Positions 28,597 through 38,917 of a stretch of DNA of 64,000 nucleotides are shown here, in pieces; the first letter of the stretch is position 1; each line of letters opens with the position of its first letter. The notes under the pieces are model-generated. The model did no database searches. It had not been told where the DNA came from and saw nothing but the letters and a program-made list of their open reading frames with translations. Origin of the DNA: an uncultured Candidatus Saccharibacteria bacterium (lineage in GTDB: Bacteria > Patescibacteriota > Dojkabacteria > SC72 > JAFGCJ01); the NCBI GenBank assembly GCA_964481345.1, contig CAYZTC010000001.1:71766-135765 (forward strand), given 5' to 3'. Position numbers and translations under genes: made by a program.

Positions 28597-30462
28597 ATGA
28601 AGAATTTTTCTTATACAAATATTCGTAAGGCATACTTAGATTTCATTATAAGCAAAGGACATCAAGAGATCCCAAATGCCTCACTTATCCCTGAAAATGA
28701 CCCGAGCATTCTTTTCATAAACTCAGGAATGACACCGCTTGTCCCATTTCTTATGGGAGAAAAACATCCAGCCGGAACAAGGCTAACCAACATTCAAAGA
28801 AGTCTCAGGACTGTTGATATTGATGAAATTGGTGATGAATGGCATTGTACTGCCTTTGAAATGCTTGGAAATTGGTCCCTAAACGACTACTTTAAGGAAG
28901 AAGCTATTAACTTTACCGTTGAGTTTTACACTGAGATATTAGGAATGGATATCAACAAAATATATGCTTCTGTATTCGGAGGAGATAACCAGGCTCCCAA
29001 AGACGAAGAGTCTATAAGAGTATGGACTGACATCTATAAACACAAAGGTATCGATGCAAAATTTGGAGATAGAGAAAGAATTCAGCCATTTGGAAAAAAA
29101 GAAAACTGGTGGGAATTATCTGGCGGCGGGCCTTGTGGACCGGATTCAGAAATTTTCTATGACACAGGAAAAGATCCATGTGGAGACAAATGCAACGTCA
29201 ACTGTAACTGCGGAAAATACGTAGAGATTGGAAACAACGTTTTCATGGAATATCTTAAAGAGGGGGATAGCTACAAAGACCTCGGTAGACACAATGTTGA
29301 TTTTGGTGGAGGACTTATAAGAATCGCAGGAATGCTTCAAAACAAAGATAGCTATTACGAAGTAGATATAATTAAACCGATACTAGATAAAGTAAATGAA
29401 CTATCAAAAGACCCGAATATCAGGTCCAAAAGAATCATCGTAGACCATATCAACTCCGCCACATGGATCATTATGGATGGTGTGGTACCAGGAAGAAACG
29501 AGAGAGAGTATGTCCTCAGAAGATTGATCAGAAGAGCAATCAGACATGGGAAACTCATCGGAATAGAAAAACAGTTCACGAGAGAAGTTGCAGAGGTTTG
29601 CATTAAACAGTTTAAGCAACTCTATCCACAGCTATCCAAACAGAGAGAGTTTATTCTGAATATAATTGAAGAAGAGGAAAAGAAGTTTAACCAGATAAAG
29701 GACTCCAGGTCCACTGGTATAAAACAAGCTGAAATAAGAGCCACCTTACAATCAGGACCATCTGGCCCTAGCAAAACCGACACAGAAATACCTTCTAAAA
29801 TATCCGGACCAACAGGACCTACGGGTGCCACAGCCTTTTACTTATATGAAACATACGGACTTCCTCGTGAGGATTTCGAGGAGTTAATGACTCAAAAGGG
29901 AATTCCATATGACAAAAAGGATTTTAACAAACAGTATGAGAAGGAAAAAAATAAGAAGCAGGAACTCTCAAGAACATCTTCCGAAGGGCTATTTAAGGGA
30001 GGCCTTGCAGACACATCAGATATGTCTACAAAATATCACACTACCACTCACCTACTCCTTGCCGCATTAAGAAAAGTACTCGGCGATCATGTATATCAAA
30101 AAGGAAGCAATATAACTCCAGAAAGACTACGATTTGACTATCCAAGCGATAAAAAGCTTACCCCAGAGCAAGTAAAGGAAGTTGAAAAAAATGTAAACGA
30201 ACAGATTAAAAAGGGACTAGATGTAACATTCAAGGAGATGCCAAAAGAAGAAGCAACAAAACTTGTTCCAAATGCCGCGTTTGAAGATAGATATGGTGAT
30301 ACTGTAAAAGTGTACTTCATCGGACCAAAAGATAAACCATTTTCAGCCGAAATCTGCGGCGGCCCACATGTGAAAAACACCTCTGACCTAGGCAAATTCA
30401 AAATCGTTAAACAGGAAAACGTTGGGACTGGAGTAAAAAGGATTAAGGCAGTGTTGGAGTAA
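28597..30462 (+). CDS. alaS: Alanine--tRNA ligase (short form lacking the C-Ala domain)
   Basis: LFINSGM, FEMLGNWS, GPCGPDSEIF, YVLRRLIRRA, HTTTHLL, EICGGPHV; start moved to ATG 28597 after TATAAT. Confidence 0.96.
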   Translation: MKNFSYTNIRKAYLDFIISKGHQEIPNASLIPENDPSILFINSGMTPLVPFLMGEKHPAGTRLTNIQRSLRTVDIDEIGDEWHCTAFEMLGNWSLNDYFKEEAINFTVEFYTEILGMDINKIYASVFGGDNQAPKDEESIRVWTDIYKHKGIDAKFGDRERIQPFGKKENWWELSGGGPCGPDSEIFYDTGKDPCGDKCNVNCNCGKYVEIGNNVFMEYLKEGDSYKDLGRHNVDFGGGLIRIAGMLQNKDSYYEVDIIKPILDKVNELSKDPNIRSKRIIVDHINSATWIIMDGVVPGRNEREYVLRRLIRRAIRHGKLIGIEKQFTREVAEVCIKQFKQLYPQLSKQREFILNIIEEEEKKFNQIKDSRSTGIKQAEIRATLQSGPSGPSKTDTEIPSKISGPTGPTGATAFYLYETYGLPREDFEELMTQKGIPYDKKDFNKQYEKEKNKKQELSRTSSEGLFKGGLADTSDMSTKYHTTTHLLLAALRKVLGDHVYQKGSNITPERLRFDYPSDKKLTPEQVKEVEKNVNEQIKKGLDVTFKEMPKEEATKLVPNAAFEDRYGDTVKVYFIGPKDKPFSAEICGGPHVKNTSDLGKFKIVKQENVGTGVKRIKAVLE

Positions 30463-30948
30463 ACGTCTTCATCTCGCTTCGCTCGATTTCGCCGATTTGA
30501 AATATTCGTTCAATTATCAGTAGATTACTATGCTTCGTCGTGACTTACCACAAATGAATAGATCGGACTCATACAACCCCCTCAACCGTACACCCCGAAC
30601 CCACCATTAGCAGGGATAGGAGATCTTAAGCCTTATGTGTAAGATTCTATCCCCCGCGCTCACAGAGCTGCGGGGTCCAGAATATGCGACTTTGTGTATT
30701 GCGCTGGTGTTAAGAGAATTAAAGCGGTATTGGAGTAAGTTATATTCGTACAACGACTTTTCAAGTTACTAAATTTCTCGTGACTTACTACATATGGTTT
30801 TACCATCAACTTCCTCAACAGTACACCATGGACCTCACAAAACGAGGGGGTAGGATCTCAAAACGAAGGTGTAAGACTCTATCGCGATGCTCCAGAGTAT
30901 GCAGGGTACATAGCTAGAGCTAAACGAATCGGGGTGGTACTGGAATGA
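30463..30948 (+). repeat. Two diverged tandem units (276 and 210 bp), each ending in a copy of the alaS 3' end
   Basis: Stops at 30462 (GVKRIKAVLE*), 30738 (GVKRIKAVLE*, recoded) and 30948 (RAKRIGVVLE*); shared blocks tattcgt, tcgtgacttac, cctcaac-gtacacc, gtgtaaga-tctatc, tccaga-tatgc. Confidence 0.82.
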
Positions 30949-31037
30949 CTCTATAGGGTTTATTTCCCAAAGATTTCACTATATAATACAACCGTTGTTT
31001 AACAGTTAGCCCAACTAGCCCGGAAGGAGATAGAAAC

Positions 31038-31322
31038 ATGAATGACTTGGACATCAAACGGATTGGTGATAAAATATTCATAAGAGAACCTCTTCAAATT
31101 CTAAACGAAATTTGGGATTTGACTAGTAATTCGGAAGTCGGTAATGATTTCACCTGTGAGATTCTCAAAGAATACAATCCTCCATTAATGGTTATCCAGA
31201 CGAATATTCCAGCAGACAACCCTGAAAGGGATAAAGCTATAAATCTCGGATACAGTCTATTACTCAACAATCTTGCAGAGAATATCCAAAAAATAAAATT
31301 GGATGATTGCACAATTGAGTAA
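31038..31322 (+). CDS. Hypothetical protein (94 aa)
   Basis: AAGGAG ribosome-binding site upstream; TATAAT near 30983. Confidence 0.6.
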   Translation: MNDLDIKRIGDKIFIREPLQILNEIWDLTSNSEVGNDFTCEILKEYNPPLMVIQTNIPADNPERDKAINLGYSLLLNNLAENIQKIKLDDCTIE

Positions 31323-31555
31323 CTCCCAAAAGATGTAGCCATAAGGGCTAAATGGCTACATCTTAAATTTTCAGACCTTACTTCACCCACCATACATTAC
31401 CGATATTTCTGGCCACTGATATTTACACACCCTTATTAAAGAGAAAAACTGAATTAAGTCAGCTAGTTTATTTATTCCTCCATGCCAGAATCTATCCACT
31501 TGATTATGAGGGCTAGAATTAGGTAGTTTATCTCATCATAGTAATTCAAATGGAT

Positions 31556-31900
31556 AGACTCTATCGTCGCCCCGCCATCGGCGGGGACTCCTCCAGAGAT
31601 ACATTTTAATATAGTCGGAAATCGAGCAAATTGTGGATAACGGGGACAGGCCCCATTGAATTCAATCAGTTTATCCCGCTCTGTGAGGAGAGACTCTATC
31701 GGATCCTCCTTCGTCGGATGCCTCCAGAGTATGCAGGGTACTTGAGGCATATCAACCTCATCCCAAACCTGTCAATATGGCTAGAGTCCCCATTCACAGC
31801 AACATGTGAACATATTACTTCTAATGATGGGTCATATATGCAACTGAAAACTAACCAAACCGCACACTCTGGAGCCCTGGAGCTTGCGATAGAGTCTCAC
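31556..31900. repeat. Cluster of REP-like GACTCTATC-(variable core)-CTCCAGAG elements
   Basis: Copies at 31556-31599, 31691-31741 and inverted at 31865-31900; related copies at 30642 and 30874. Confidence 0.7.
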
Positions 31901-31949
31901 TCATAGTTTCCAACAGTTCTCAACCCTTTCTGTTACAATTATTCCTACC

Positions 31950-32360
31950 ATGAAAACACTAGGTATAGATTTTGGAGAAAAGAGAGTTGGGATAGCTATT
32001 TCTGATAAAAAGGGAATAATCGCTGAACCATTATCTGTTATCCAAAGAAAGTCTGACGAAAAGGTATTAGAAACCATTTCTAAAATCTGCACTGATAAAC
32101 AGGTTAAACAGATAGTCATCGGCATTCCCCTATCCGCAAATGAGCAAGTTCAGAACAGATATAAGTCATTCTCACAGAAAATTGAAACAGTAACCGGAAT
32201 AAAACCGAATTTCTGGGATGAAACCTTCTCTACAAAGCAAGCCCAAAATATGGTAGCATTTTTGGAGCCGGGCGATAAAAAGCGCAGGACTAAAACCCAC
32301 AGGGATAATGTTGCTGCAGCAGTAATATTACAGGAATTCCTTGATGATCAAAAAAAATAA
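31950..32360 (+). CDS. ruvX: RuvX/YqgF pre-16S rRNA nuclease
   Basis: LGIDFGEKRVGIAISD, WDETFST, DNVAAAVILQ. Confidence 0.93.
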   Translation: MKTLGIDFGEKRVGIAISDKKGIIAEPLSVIQRKSDEKVLETISKICTDKQVKQIVIGIPLSANEQVQNRYKSFSQKIETVTGIKPNFWDETFSTKQAQNMVAFLEPGDKKRRTKTHRDNVAAAVILQEFLDDQKK

Positions 32361-33381
32361 GTTCCCAATTGGCCTGGCATCAGTATCCTTCATACTTTTG
32401 ACTCTCTCTCTTTTCTTCTATCTCGACTATAAAAACTCAATAACTAGACCTGTATCAGATAGTTCTGAACTTATTAACTTTTCAATAGAAGAAGGTCAAT
32501 CCACTAAAGATATCGCTGCAAACCTATTAGATGCAGAACTTATAACAAGTTCTATATATTTCGAAATATATGTGAGGCAGAATAACCTTGCGGCAAATCT
32601 CCAAGCAGGTAGTTTTCAGATTCCAGGAAATGTCACAATGGAAGAACTTTCAGAAATCCTGCAGATAGCATATGAGCAAGACGTATGGGTAATAATACCT
32701 GAAGGACTTACCAAAATTGAAATTGCAGATCTGCTTGCTGATGGATTTTCAGATGTAGAAAACCCATCTTTTATAAGAAATGAGTTTATTACTTTAACTG
32801 AGACTACTGATCCTGTACAAAATGCAGGCTTAACAATTCCAGCTGGAAAAAATTGCGAAGGCTATTTGTTTCCGGATACATACAGGTTTTCACCTGATTC
32901 AACAGCACAATCGGTACTTGAAACACTGATAAGCAATTTCAAGATAAAAATATATGATGAGTACTACAAGGAAATCGAGAGTTCCGGATACAGCCTTTAT
33001 GAAGTCCTAATACTTGCGTCCATAATCGAAAGAGAAACAAAAAATTCTGATGATAGACCTCTTGCAGCTGACATTTTGGAAAGAAGACTAAATGATGGAT
33101 GGGCACTTGAGGTAGATGCCACCCTCCTATACCACTTCCAAGATTGGGAGTATGACATATCTTCTGAGGATTTAAAAATCGATACCCCCTACAACACTAG
33201 AATATATCAAGGTCTCACACCGACACCCATCTGCAACCCAGGAGAAGAAAGTATTGATGCAGTACTTAACCCGCAATCAAATGACTATTGGTTTTATGTA
33301 AGTGATGAGGAAGGCGATTTACACTACGGAAAGACTATTGACGAGCATAATCAAAATATTCAACAATACCTAAGCCCATGA
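32341..33381 (+). CDS. mltG: Endolytic transglycosylase MltG
   Basis: IPEG, EGYLFPDTY, ASIIERE, PYNT...GLTPTPICNPG. Confidence 0.94.
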   Translation: MMIKKNKFPIGLASVSFILLTLSLFFYLDYKNSITRPVSDSSELINFSIEEGQSTKDIAANLLDAELITSSIYFEIYVRQNNLAANLQAGSFQIPGNVTMEELSEILQIAYEQDVWVIIPEGLTKIEIADLLADGFSDVENPSFIRNEFITLTETTDPVQNAGLTIPAGKNCEGYLFPDTYRFSPDSTAQSVLETLISNFKIKIYDEYYKEIESSGYSLYEVLILASIIERETKNSDDRPLAADILERRLNDGWALEVDATLLYHFQDWEYDISSEDLKIDTPYNTRIYQGLTPTPICNPGEESIDAVLNPQSNDYWFYVSDEEGDLHYGKTIDEHNQNIQQYLSP

Positions 33382-34790
33382 AGACAGTAAATATAGATTT
33401 TGCGGAGACAGGCAAAAGATCGCCCAAAGCAAAAAATCCAAATAAAAGAAAAAAATTAAAAAAGGTAATAATCGCAATAATCATCTTGCTAATGCTTTGT
33501 GGCACAGGATACTACATTCTCAGGATACTTGGAATCATCTCAGATACCGGAATAAATCTAAATCCATTCGATACGATAAGAAACCTTATTGCAAAAGAAA
33601 AGGCTGAGCTAAAAAAAGACGATGAGGGACGTACAAATACACTATTTGTAGGAATAGATACACGACCATCCAGTCCAGGACTAAGAAATACCGACACTGT
33701 AATAGTTGCAAGCTACAACCACAACACAAAAGAAGCTTTGCTCATCTCTATCCCAAGAGATATGTGGGTTGCACACCCGTACAATGAGACATACCACTCA
33801 AAAATAAATGCAGTCTACAACTCATGCGAAAATCAAGAGGAAGAATCGGGCCTTGAATGTCTGACTGACGTAGCATCCACTGTCACAAACCTTGATATCC
33901 ATTATTCCGCAATGCTCGATATTTCTGGACTTATCGAGGTTGTCGACATACTTGGCGGTGTGGAGGTTGATGTAGAAAATGCATTTACTGACTACATGTT
34001 TCCAAATGATGAACATGGATACACAATTGTAAGCTTTGAGGCTGGTTCACAAATAATGGATGGTGAAGCAGCAATGCAATATGCCCGCTCAAGGCACGCT
34101 CAAGGACCAGAAGGCTCAGACTTTGCAAGAGCAAGAAGACAGCAAAAGCTCATAATATCAATTGTAGAAAAAATAGCATCAATTGAAACATACTCTAACC
34201 CATCCAAGATAATGGACATTACCGAACAAGTCGGTGAAAATTTAAAATTTTCAGAAACAACAACAGAAGACATCCGTGCGGCAATAGATATTGGGAAGGA
34301 GATGGATACCGAAGATGTCTACAGTGTAGTACTTGATCCAAGTATTGGAAACTGGAGCATAGTTACAGAGGACCCTTCCACGGCATACATACTTTATCCA
34401 GAGCTTGGAATAGACGTATGGGATGACATACATAAATTCATTAACTCCTCTATTTCATATCCTGGAATGTATGACGAAGAGGCAAAAATTTATGTATATA
34501 ACGGAGGATTGGGATATGAGGCTACCTACTCAGAGGTCGAAGAGATGCTTGAGAAATACCCATTCACAGACATTACTTTTGGAGGAGATATGGCAAGCCA
34601 AGATTATGAAGGAGTGTTAATACTAAGCTTTATCGAGGAAACAAAGTATCACACCATTTCAGAACTAGAGAGCTATTTCGAAACGACCTATTCCTCAGAT
34701 CAAGACCAAGAAATATCTGCTATATACAGTGAAGATATAATGATAATTCTGGGAATAGAACAAACTGCCGAACCTACATCAGAAGAATAA
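33378..34790 (+). CDS. LytR-CpsA-Psr (LCP) family protein
   Basis: GIDTR, NTDT, SIPRD, KINAVY, YARSRH, SDFARARRQQ. Confidence 0.92.
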   Translation: MKTVNIDFAETGKRSPKAKNPNKRKKLKKVIIAIIILLMLCGTGYYILRILGIISDTGINLNPFDTIRNLIAKEKAELKKDDEGRTNTLFVGIDTRPSSPGLRNTDTVIVASYNHNTKEALLISIPRDMWVAHPYNETYHSKINAVYNSCENQEEESGLECLTDVASTVTNLDIHYSAMLDISGLIEVVDILGGVEVDVENAFTDYMFPNDEHGYTIVSFEAGSQIMDGEAAMQYARSRHAQGPEGSDFARARRQQKLIISIVEKIASIETYSNPSKIMDITEQVGENLKFSETTTEDIRAAIDIGKEMDTEDVYSVVLDPSIGNWSIVTEDPSTAYILYPELGIDVWDDIHKFINSSISYPGMYDEEAKIYVYNGGLGYEATYSEVEEMLEKYPFTDITFGGDMASQDYEGVLILSFIEETKYHTISELESYFETTYSSDQDQEISAIYSEDIMIILGIEQTAEPTSEE

Positions 34791-34792
34791 AT

Positions 34793-35740
34793 ATGTTTTA
34801 TCTTTTTCATGGAAAAAATAGCTACTTAAGCTTCAAAGAAGCAAAATCCCTGTTAGAAAAAGTACGAGAAAAAAGAGAAAAACAATCAAAGGCCATTGAT
34901 GAAATTACGCTAGATGGCTCAAGCCAAAAGTTTGAAAAAATAATAAATGAGGTAGAGACACCATCATTTTTCAGCACCCACAAAATTATTTTTCTCAAAA
35001 GACCTACTGATAACAAAGAAAAGGTCAAGATAAAAGACTGGATTATCGAAATGGTCCAAAATACCCCTAAAAGAAGAGGGATCGACATGGTGATATGGGA
35101 AGACAAAAAGATTAGGTCAAACTCTAAACTTCTCAAATCCTTTGGAAAAAATACGTGGGAAAGCCCAAATTTAAAGCCAAGATCATTTACAAAATGGGCA
35201 AATGATGAGATTAAAAAAGAAAAATTCCAAATTGACAGGGATGCCATTGATATGCTCTCCCAAAGGGTTAATTACGAACCAGAAAGATTTTTTCATGAGG
35301 TTGAAAAACTGAGATTACTTAATAAAGAAAAGATTACTGTAGAAGATATTGAAAAGGTGGCACCCGATACACTCGAGCACAGTATATGGGATCTTATTGA
35401 TTCTATAAATGACGGTAAAAGAGAAAAGGCCGGTGAACTACTGAATAATCTAATACAGCAAGGAAACGACCCTTACTATATATTGTCTATGTTATCTCGA
35501 AATATGCGAATAATCCTACTTACAAAATTACTGCTCAAAAGAGAAATGTCATCATCAGAAATTGCAAAACACATAGGTACTCATCCTTTTGTCATCAGTA
35601 AGGTAAAAAATAAGTCAAGAAATATTGAAATTGAAAGGATAAAGAAGATCTATGAAAAACTAGTAAGCATAGATTACTCTACAAAGACAGGACAAATCGA
35701 GATTGAACTTGCCTTAAACATTCTAATAAGTGTAATATAA
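34793..35740 (+). CDS. holA: DNA polymerase III delta subunit
   Basis: YLFHG, PSFF, EVEKL, IWDLIDSI, DYSTKTG; near rpsT. Confidence 0.88.
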   Translation: MFYLFHGKNSYLSFKEAKSLLEKVREKREKQSKAIDEITLDGSSQKFEKIINEVETPSFFSTHKIIFLKRPTDNKEKVKIKDWIIEMVQNTPKRRGIDMVIWEDKKIRSNSKLLKSFGKNTWESPNLKPRSFTKWANDEIKKEKFQIDRDAIDMLSQRVNYEPERFFHEVEKLRLLNKEKITVEDIEKVAPDTLEHSIWDLIDSINDGKREKAGELLNNLIQQGNDPYYILSMLSRNMRIILLTKLLLKREMSSSEIAKHIGTHPFVISKVKNKSRNIEIERIKKIYEKLVSIDYSTKTGQIEIELALNILISVI

Positions 35741-35744
35741 AAGC

Positions 35745-37652
35745 ATGCCCGAGGAACCAAAACGTCCTAAAAACTTAATCGCATTTATAATATTCATCAT
35801 TGTCGTACTTATTGCGGCCGGTGGTGCTATTTACTACTACATCAACCAAACACTAAACTTCGCACCTTCAGTGGAAGACGCGGCTACAGTACCCTGTAGA
35901 TGTAAGTGGGTATCAGAGGACGACGAAACTTATGTATTTGCTGAGGCATCAGGCCATCTTCAAGGTGATACCTGTGTATTTCCCGAATCATATGAAATAG
36001 GTGGAGTTGATGTAGAACAGTGTTCGGATATAACAGAACTTGATGAAGTTGACACTTTAAAATCAACCACAACATCCGGAACACTTGGGCCCGGTGTTAT
36101 TGCAATGTCAAGCGATCCCATACAGCCACCCGCCATACTTAGTGAAGATAATCAGACAGTAACATTCACCGTCGACTTTTCTCTCTATACACTAGATGAA
36201 CCACTTGAATACACCCAAGCAGAAATGCAAGTAACCTATCCTGATGTTGACGATTCTCCTGAACCATTGCTTGCCTCTCTTACAGAAGATAATACGACAA
36301 TATATACTTACATTGAAAACGGACAAACGGTAACAGGGTACAGAGTCACGTTTTTATCTACCTGGAACGAAGTCTTAAATTACGGTGAAAGCGGTTTGTA
36401 CAAGGTCTCATTCAGGGCTATGGATAGTAATGAAGTTTGGACAGACGAGTCAACCGGTACATTACAATTTGTCATGGGAGATGCAGCAACAGCAGGATAC
36501 TACTGCAATAATGTTGACATTGTACAAACAAGAACCACTGAATATGCAAACGTCACAATTACAGCGCTAGCGAATCTACCTGAAGGACATGAGGCAACAT
36601 ATACATGGAGCCTTGATGTTGACTGCAGTGAGAATGTAGATGATGACGAGGAATTTACCAGCACGACAGACTCAATTACAAAAGAGTTTACCTACCCTTC
36701 AGGCAGTACTGGAGAAGTTGAGTGTCCGGCATCTGTCACTATCGAGCTAGACGACGGGACAGATATTGAAGATAGATCTGAAGAGAGCTGTTCTGGAGTT
36801 GTCACTCTAACCCCACTTTCTGAAATGTGTGGAGATGGAGTATTCGATGAAGACGAGGAGTGCGACCCAGGAATTGAAGAGGGAGAAGATGATTACATAG
36901 CAAACTGTCAGGATGACTGTACTGTACTTGATACCGGGGAGGCTGACGAAGGTGATGAGGAGGAAGAAGATGGAGACTTAACTACAGATATCAGCATTAC
37001 CCAAACATGCCCATCATGTGTCAGTATCGCTGAGGCATCACCTACTGCAGATATCACTGTTACAGTAACAAACAGTGGAGACGCCTCACAAACAGTAAGG
37101 GCAGTCTCAAATACACTACCACAAGGATTCAGTTATTCAGAAGGAAGCAGTAGTGTAAACCAAATCGAAAATGCAACAGATGAAGGAATTACAGTAGAAA
37201 CATCTGGAGAAAGCCAGCTTATTACTTGGGATAATGACGGAAATGGGTGGGCTGTCACAGGTGGAGGTGGAACTTTGACAATAGCGTTCACATCAGATGT
37301 AGACAATGATGTAGATGAAGGTACATATACAAATACAGTCACAGTAACACCGGCCAATGCTGACCCCATACAGTCAGAGAGTGGGATTGTCCTTGCGCAA
37401 AGTTGTGAACAACCCGAGACCGCACTTTTTGATAGAAGTATTCAGCCGATACTGATAGGCACATCCTTCTTACTTCTTGCTTCACTTGCATATTACACAG
37501 GATTTGGAACAAGAAGATTTGCAAAGCTAATAGATGTGGTATCGGAAATGAGCTTAACCATAACTCAACCTCAAAAATTTAGAGAAAAGAAAATCGAAAG
37601 AAAGGCCTTAAAAGAAATAAAGAAAAGTACAAAATCTAAAGCTCGGAAGTAG
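35745..37652 (+). CDS. Acidic surface protein with Cys-rich repeat, DUF11-like domain and sorting-signal-like C-terminus
   Basis: CGDG..EECD repeat; TLPQGFSY; QPETA plus hydrophobic segment plus basic tail. Confidence 0.7.
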   Translation: MPEEPKRPKNLIAFIIFIIVVLIAAGGAIYYYINQTLNFAPSVEDAATVPCRCKWVSEDDETYVFAEASGHLQGDTCVFPESYEIGGVDVEQCSDITELDEVDTLKSTTTSGTLGPGVIAMSSDPIQPPAILSEDNQTVTFTVDFSLYTLDEPLEYTQAEMQVTYPDVDDSPEPLLASLTEDNTTIYTYIENGQTVTGYRVTFLSTWNEVLNYGESGLYKVSFRAMDSNEVWTDESTGTLQFVMGDAATAGYYCNNVDIVQTRTTEYANVTITALANLPEGHEATYTWSLDVDCSENVDDDEEFTSTTDSITKEFTYPSGSTGEVECPASVTIELDDGTDIEDRSEESCSGVVTLTPLSEMCGDGVFDEDEECDPGIEEGEDDYIANCQDDCTVLDTGEADEGDEEEEDGDLTTDISITQTCPSCVSIAEASPTADITVTVTNSGDASQTVRAVSNTLPQGFSYSEGSSSVNQIENATDEGITVETSGESQLITWDNDGNGWAVTGGGGTLTIAFTSDVDNDVDEGTYTNTVTVTPANADPIQSESGIVLAQSCEQPETALFDRSIQPILIGTSFLLLASLAYYTGFGTRRFAKLIDVVSEMSLTITQPQKFREKKIERKALKEIKKSTKSKARK

Positions 37653-38046
37653 TAAGGACCTCAAGTGCACGACCATCCCTACCAAAAGCAACATTTTCAG
37701 ACATTACGTAAAAATAATACTTCTTTCCAGCAGTAAGTCCACTTACCATAGTTTGATGGCTTGTCCTTGGTTCAGTACCGTTGACATCTTGAGCAATTAA
37801 GCTGAGAGAATTACTAGTATTCCCGTATTTAACAAAACCAGTTGCTTCACTTTCAGTCCTCCACTCTACTGTAAAAGAAGTTGATGTTACATTTTCAATT
37901 TTCATATTCACTGGACGAATTGCATCAAGCTCGCTTAAGTCATCCTGAGAGTCAGAACCACCATTTGAAAAGAAAACAAGATATGACACTATTGATCCAG
38001 CAATAACAATAACTCCAATAATTATCCAGGGAATATATTTTTTCAT
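37636..38046 (-). CDS. Membrane-anchored fibronectin type III domain protein
   Basis: NVTSTSFTVEW.T...VKYG...H...SGLTAGKKYYFYV. Confidence 0.78.
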   Translation of the reverse strand: MKKYIPWIIIGVIVIAGSIVSYLVFFSNGGSDSQDDLSELDAIRPVNMKIENVTSTSFTVEWRTESEATGFVKYGNTSNSLSLIAQDVNGTEPRTSHQTMVSGLTAGKKYYFYVMSENVAFGRDGRALEVLTTSEL

Positions 38047-38789
38047 ATTTTTGATTTCCTACGTTTTACTGTAAGCCCATTGTCAAATTCAAAACTTGTC
38101 TGTCTTCCAAGTGCAAATTCAATCTTCCTCGAAAATCTGTCTGTCAGCTGATATTTTGAGTCAAGCCAGAAATACAGTCCCAACACTAATATTGCAAATC
38201 CAAACGATATCCCAACGAACAATCCCATGCCTGCAGTATCAGGAAGCTCTGTGTCTGTCTCACCCAGTACAATAGGCTGACTAATTGTAGTACTACTTTC
38301 CGGTGTTGTTTCAAATCCATAATCTTCCAACTGAGATGTCTCTTCCTGTTCTTCAAGTGCTTCTTCCGTCCCTTCATCAACAATTGCAGCTTCAACTTCA
38401 ATGTTAAACTTCTGAGAACCTAGCCATTTTCCATCACTGACTTTTATGGTAACAGAGTGTGCACCAACGGAACTCGATGTTGGGGTCCCAGAAAACATAT
38501 TTCTCTCCTCATCCCACTCAAGCCATATTGGCTTTTGATCTACGATAAAATCCAATTCAGATACATCAGCTAAATCGTTATCTATCGCTTTAACTATATA
38601 GTTATATTCTTCGTTTACAGTTGCTATGGTGACTGGTACCGAAACAATCTGGGGAGTAGAAGCATTTCCGTCATCTTCCTCTGATGCACGATCTCTTAAA
38701 TCAAATTCACCTGTAACTAAAGAATACACCGTCACAGGGACGGCAAATGCCAAAATGAAAAGCACTATAGCTACATACACCTTTTTCAC
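38043..38789 (-). CDS. Ig-domain surface protein with LPDTA sorting-like motif
   Basis: KPIWL..FSGTP..VSDG; LPDTAG followed by TM and basic tail. Confidence 0.72.
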   Translation of the reverse strand: MKKVYVAIVLFILAFAVPVTVYSLVTGEFDLRDRASEEDDGNASTPQIVSVPVTIATVNEEYNYIVKAIDNDLADVSELDFIVDQKPIWLEWDEERNMFSGTPTSSSVGAHSVTIKVSDGKWLGSQKFNIEVEAAIVDEGTEEALEEQEETSQLEDYGFETTPESSTTISQPIVLGETDTELPDTAGMGLFVGISFGFAILVLGLYFWLDSKYQLTDRFSRKIEFALGRQTSFEFDNGLTVKRRKSKI

Positions 38790-38917
38790 ATTTCCAGTCT
38801 ATCACAACAAGTCTTTAATAATCAAAAGTTGACAAGTATCCGATAGCCATTCTGCTACCTCTCAAATATCCTAAAATCTTGCTAGAGCAATAATTCCCAT
38901 GCTATACTTCCGTTGAA

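Noticed and set aside
31632-31640. Replication origin from DnaA boxes (31632 and 62212)
   Set aside because: Isolated single boxes with no cluster and no dnaA or dnaN nearby.
31094-32125. ORFs 31094(-), 31472(-), 31631(+) and 31901(-)
   Set aside because: They run through REP-like palindromes or antisense to real genes; no motif support.
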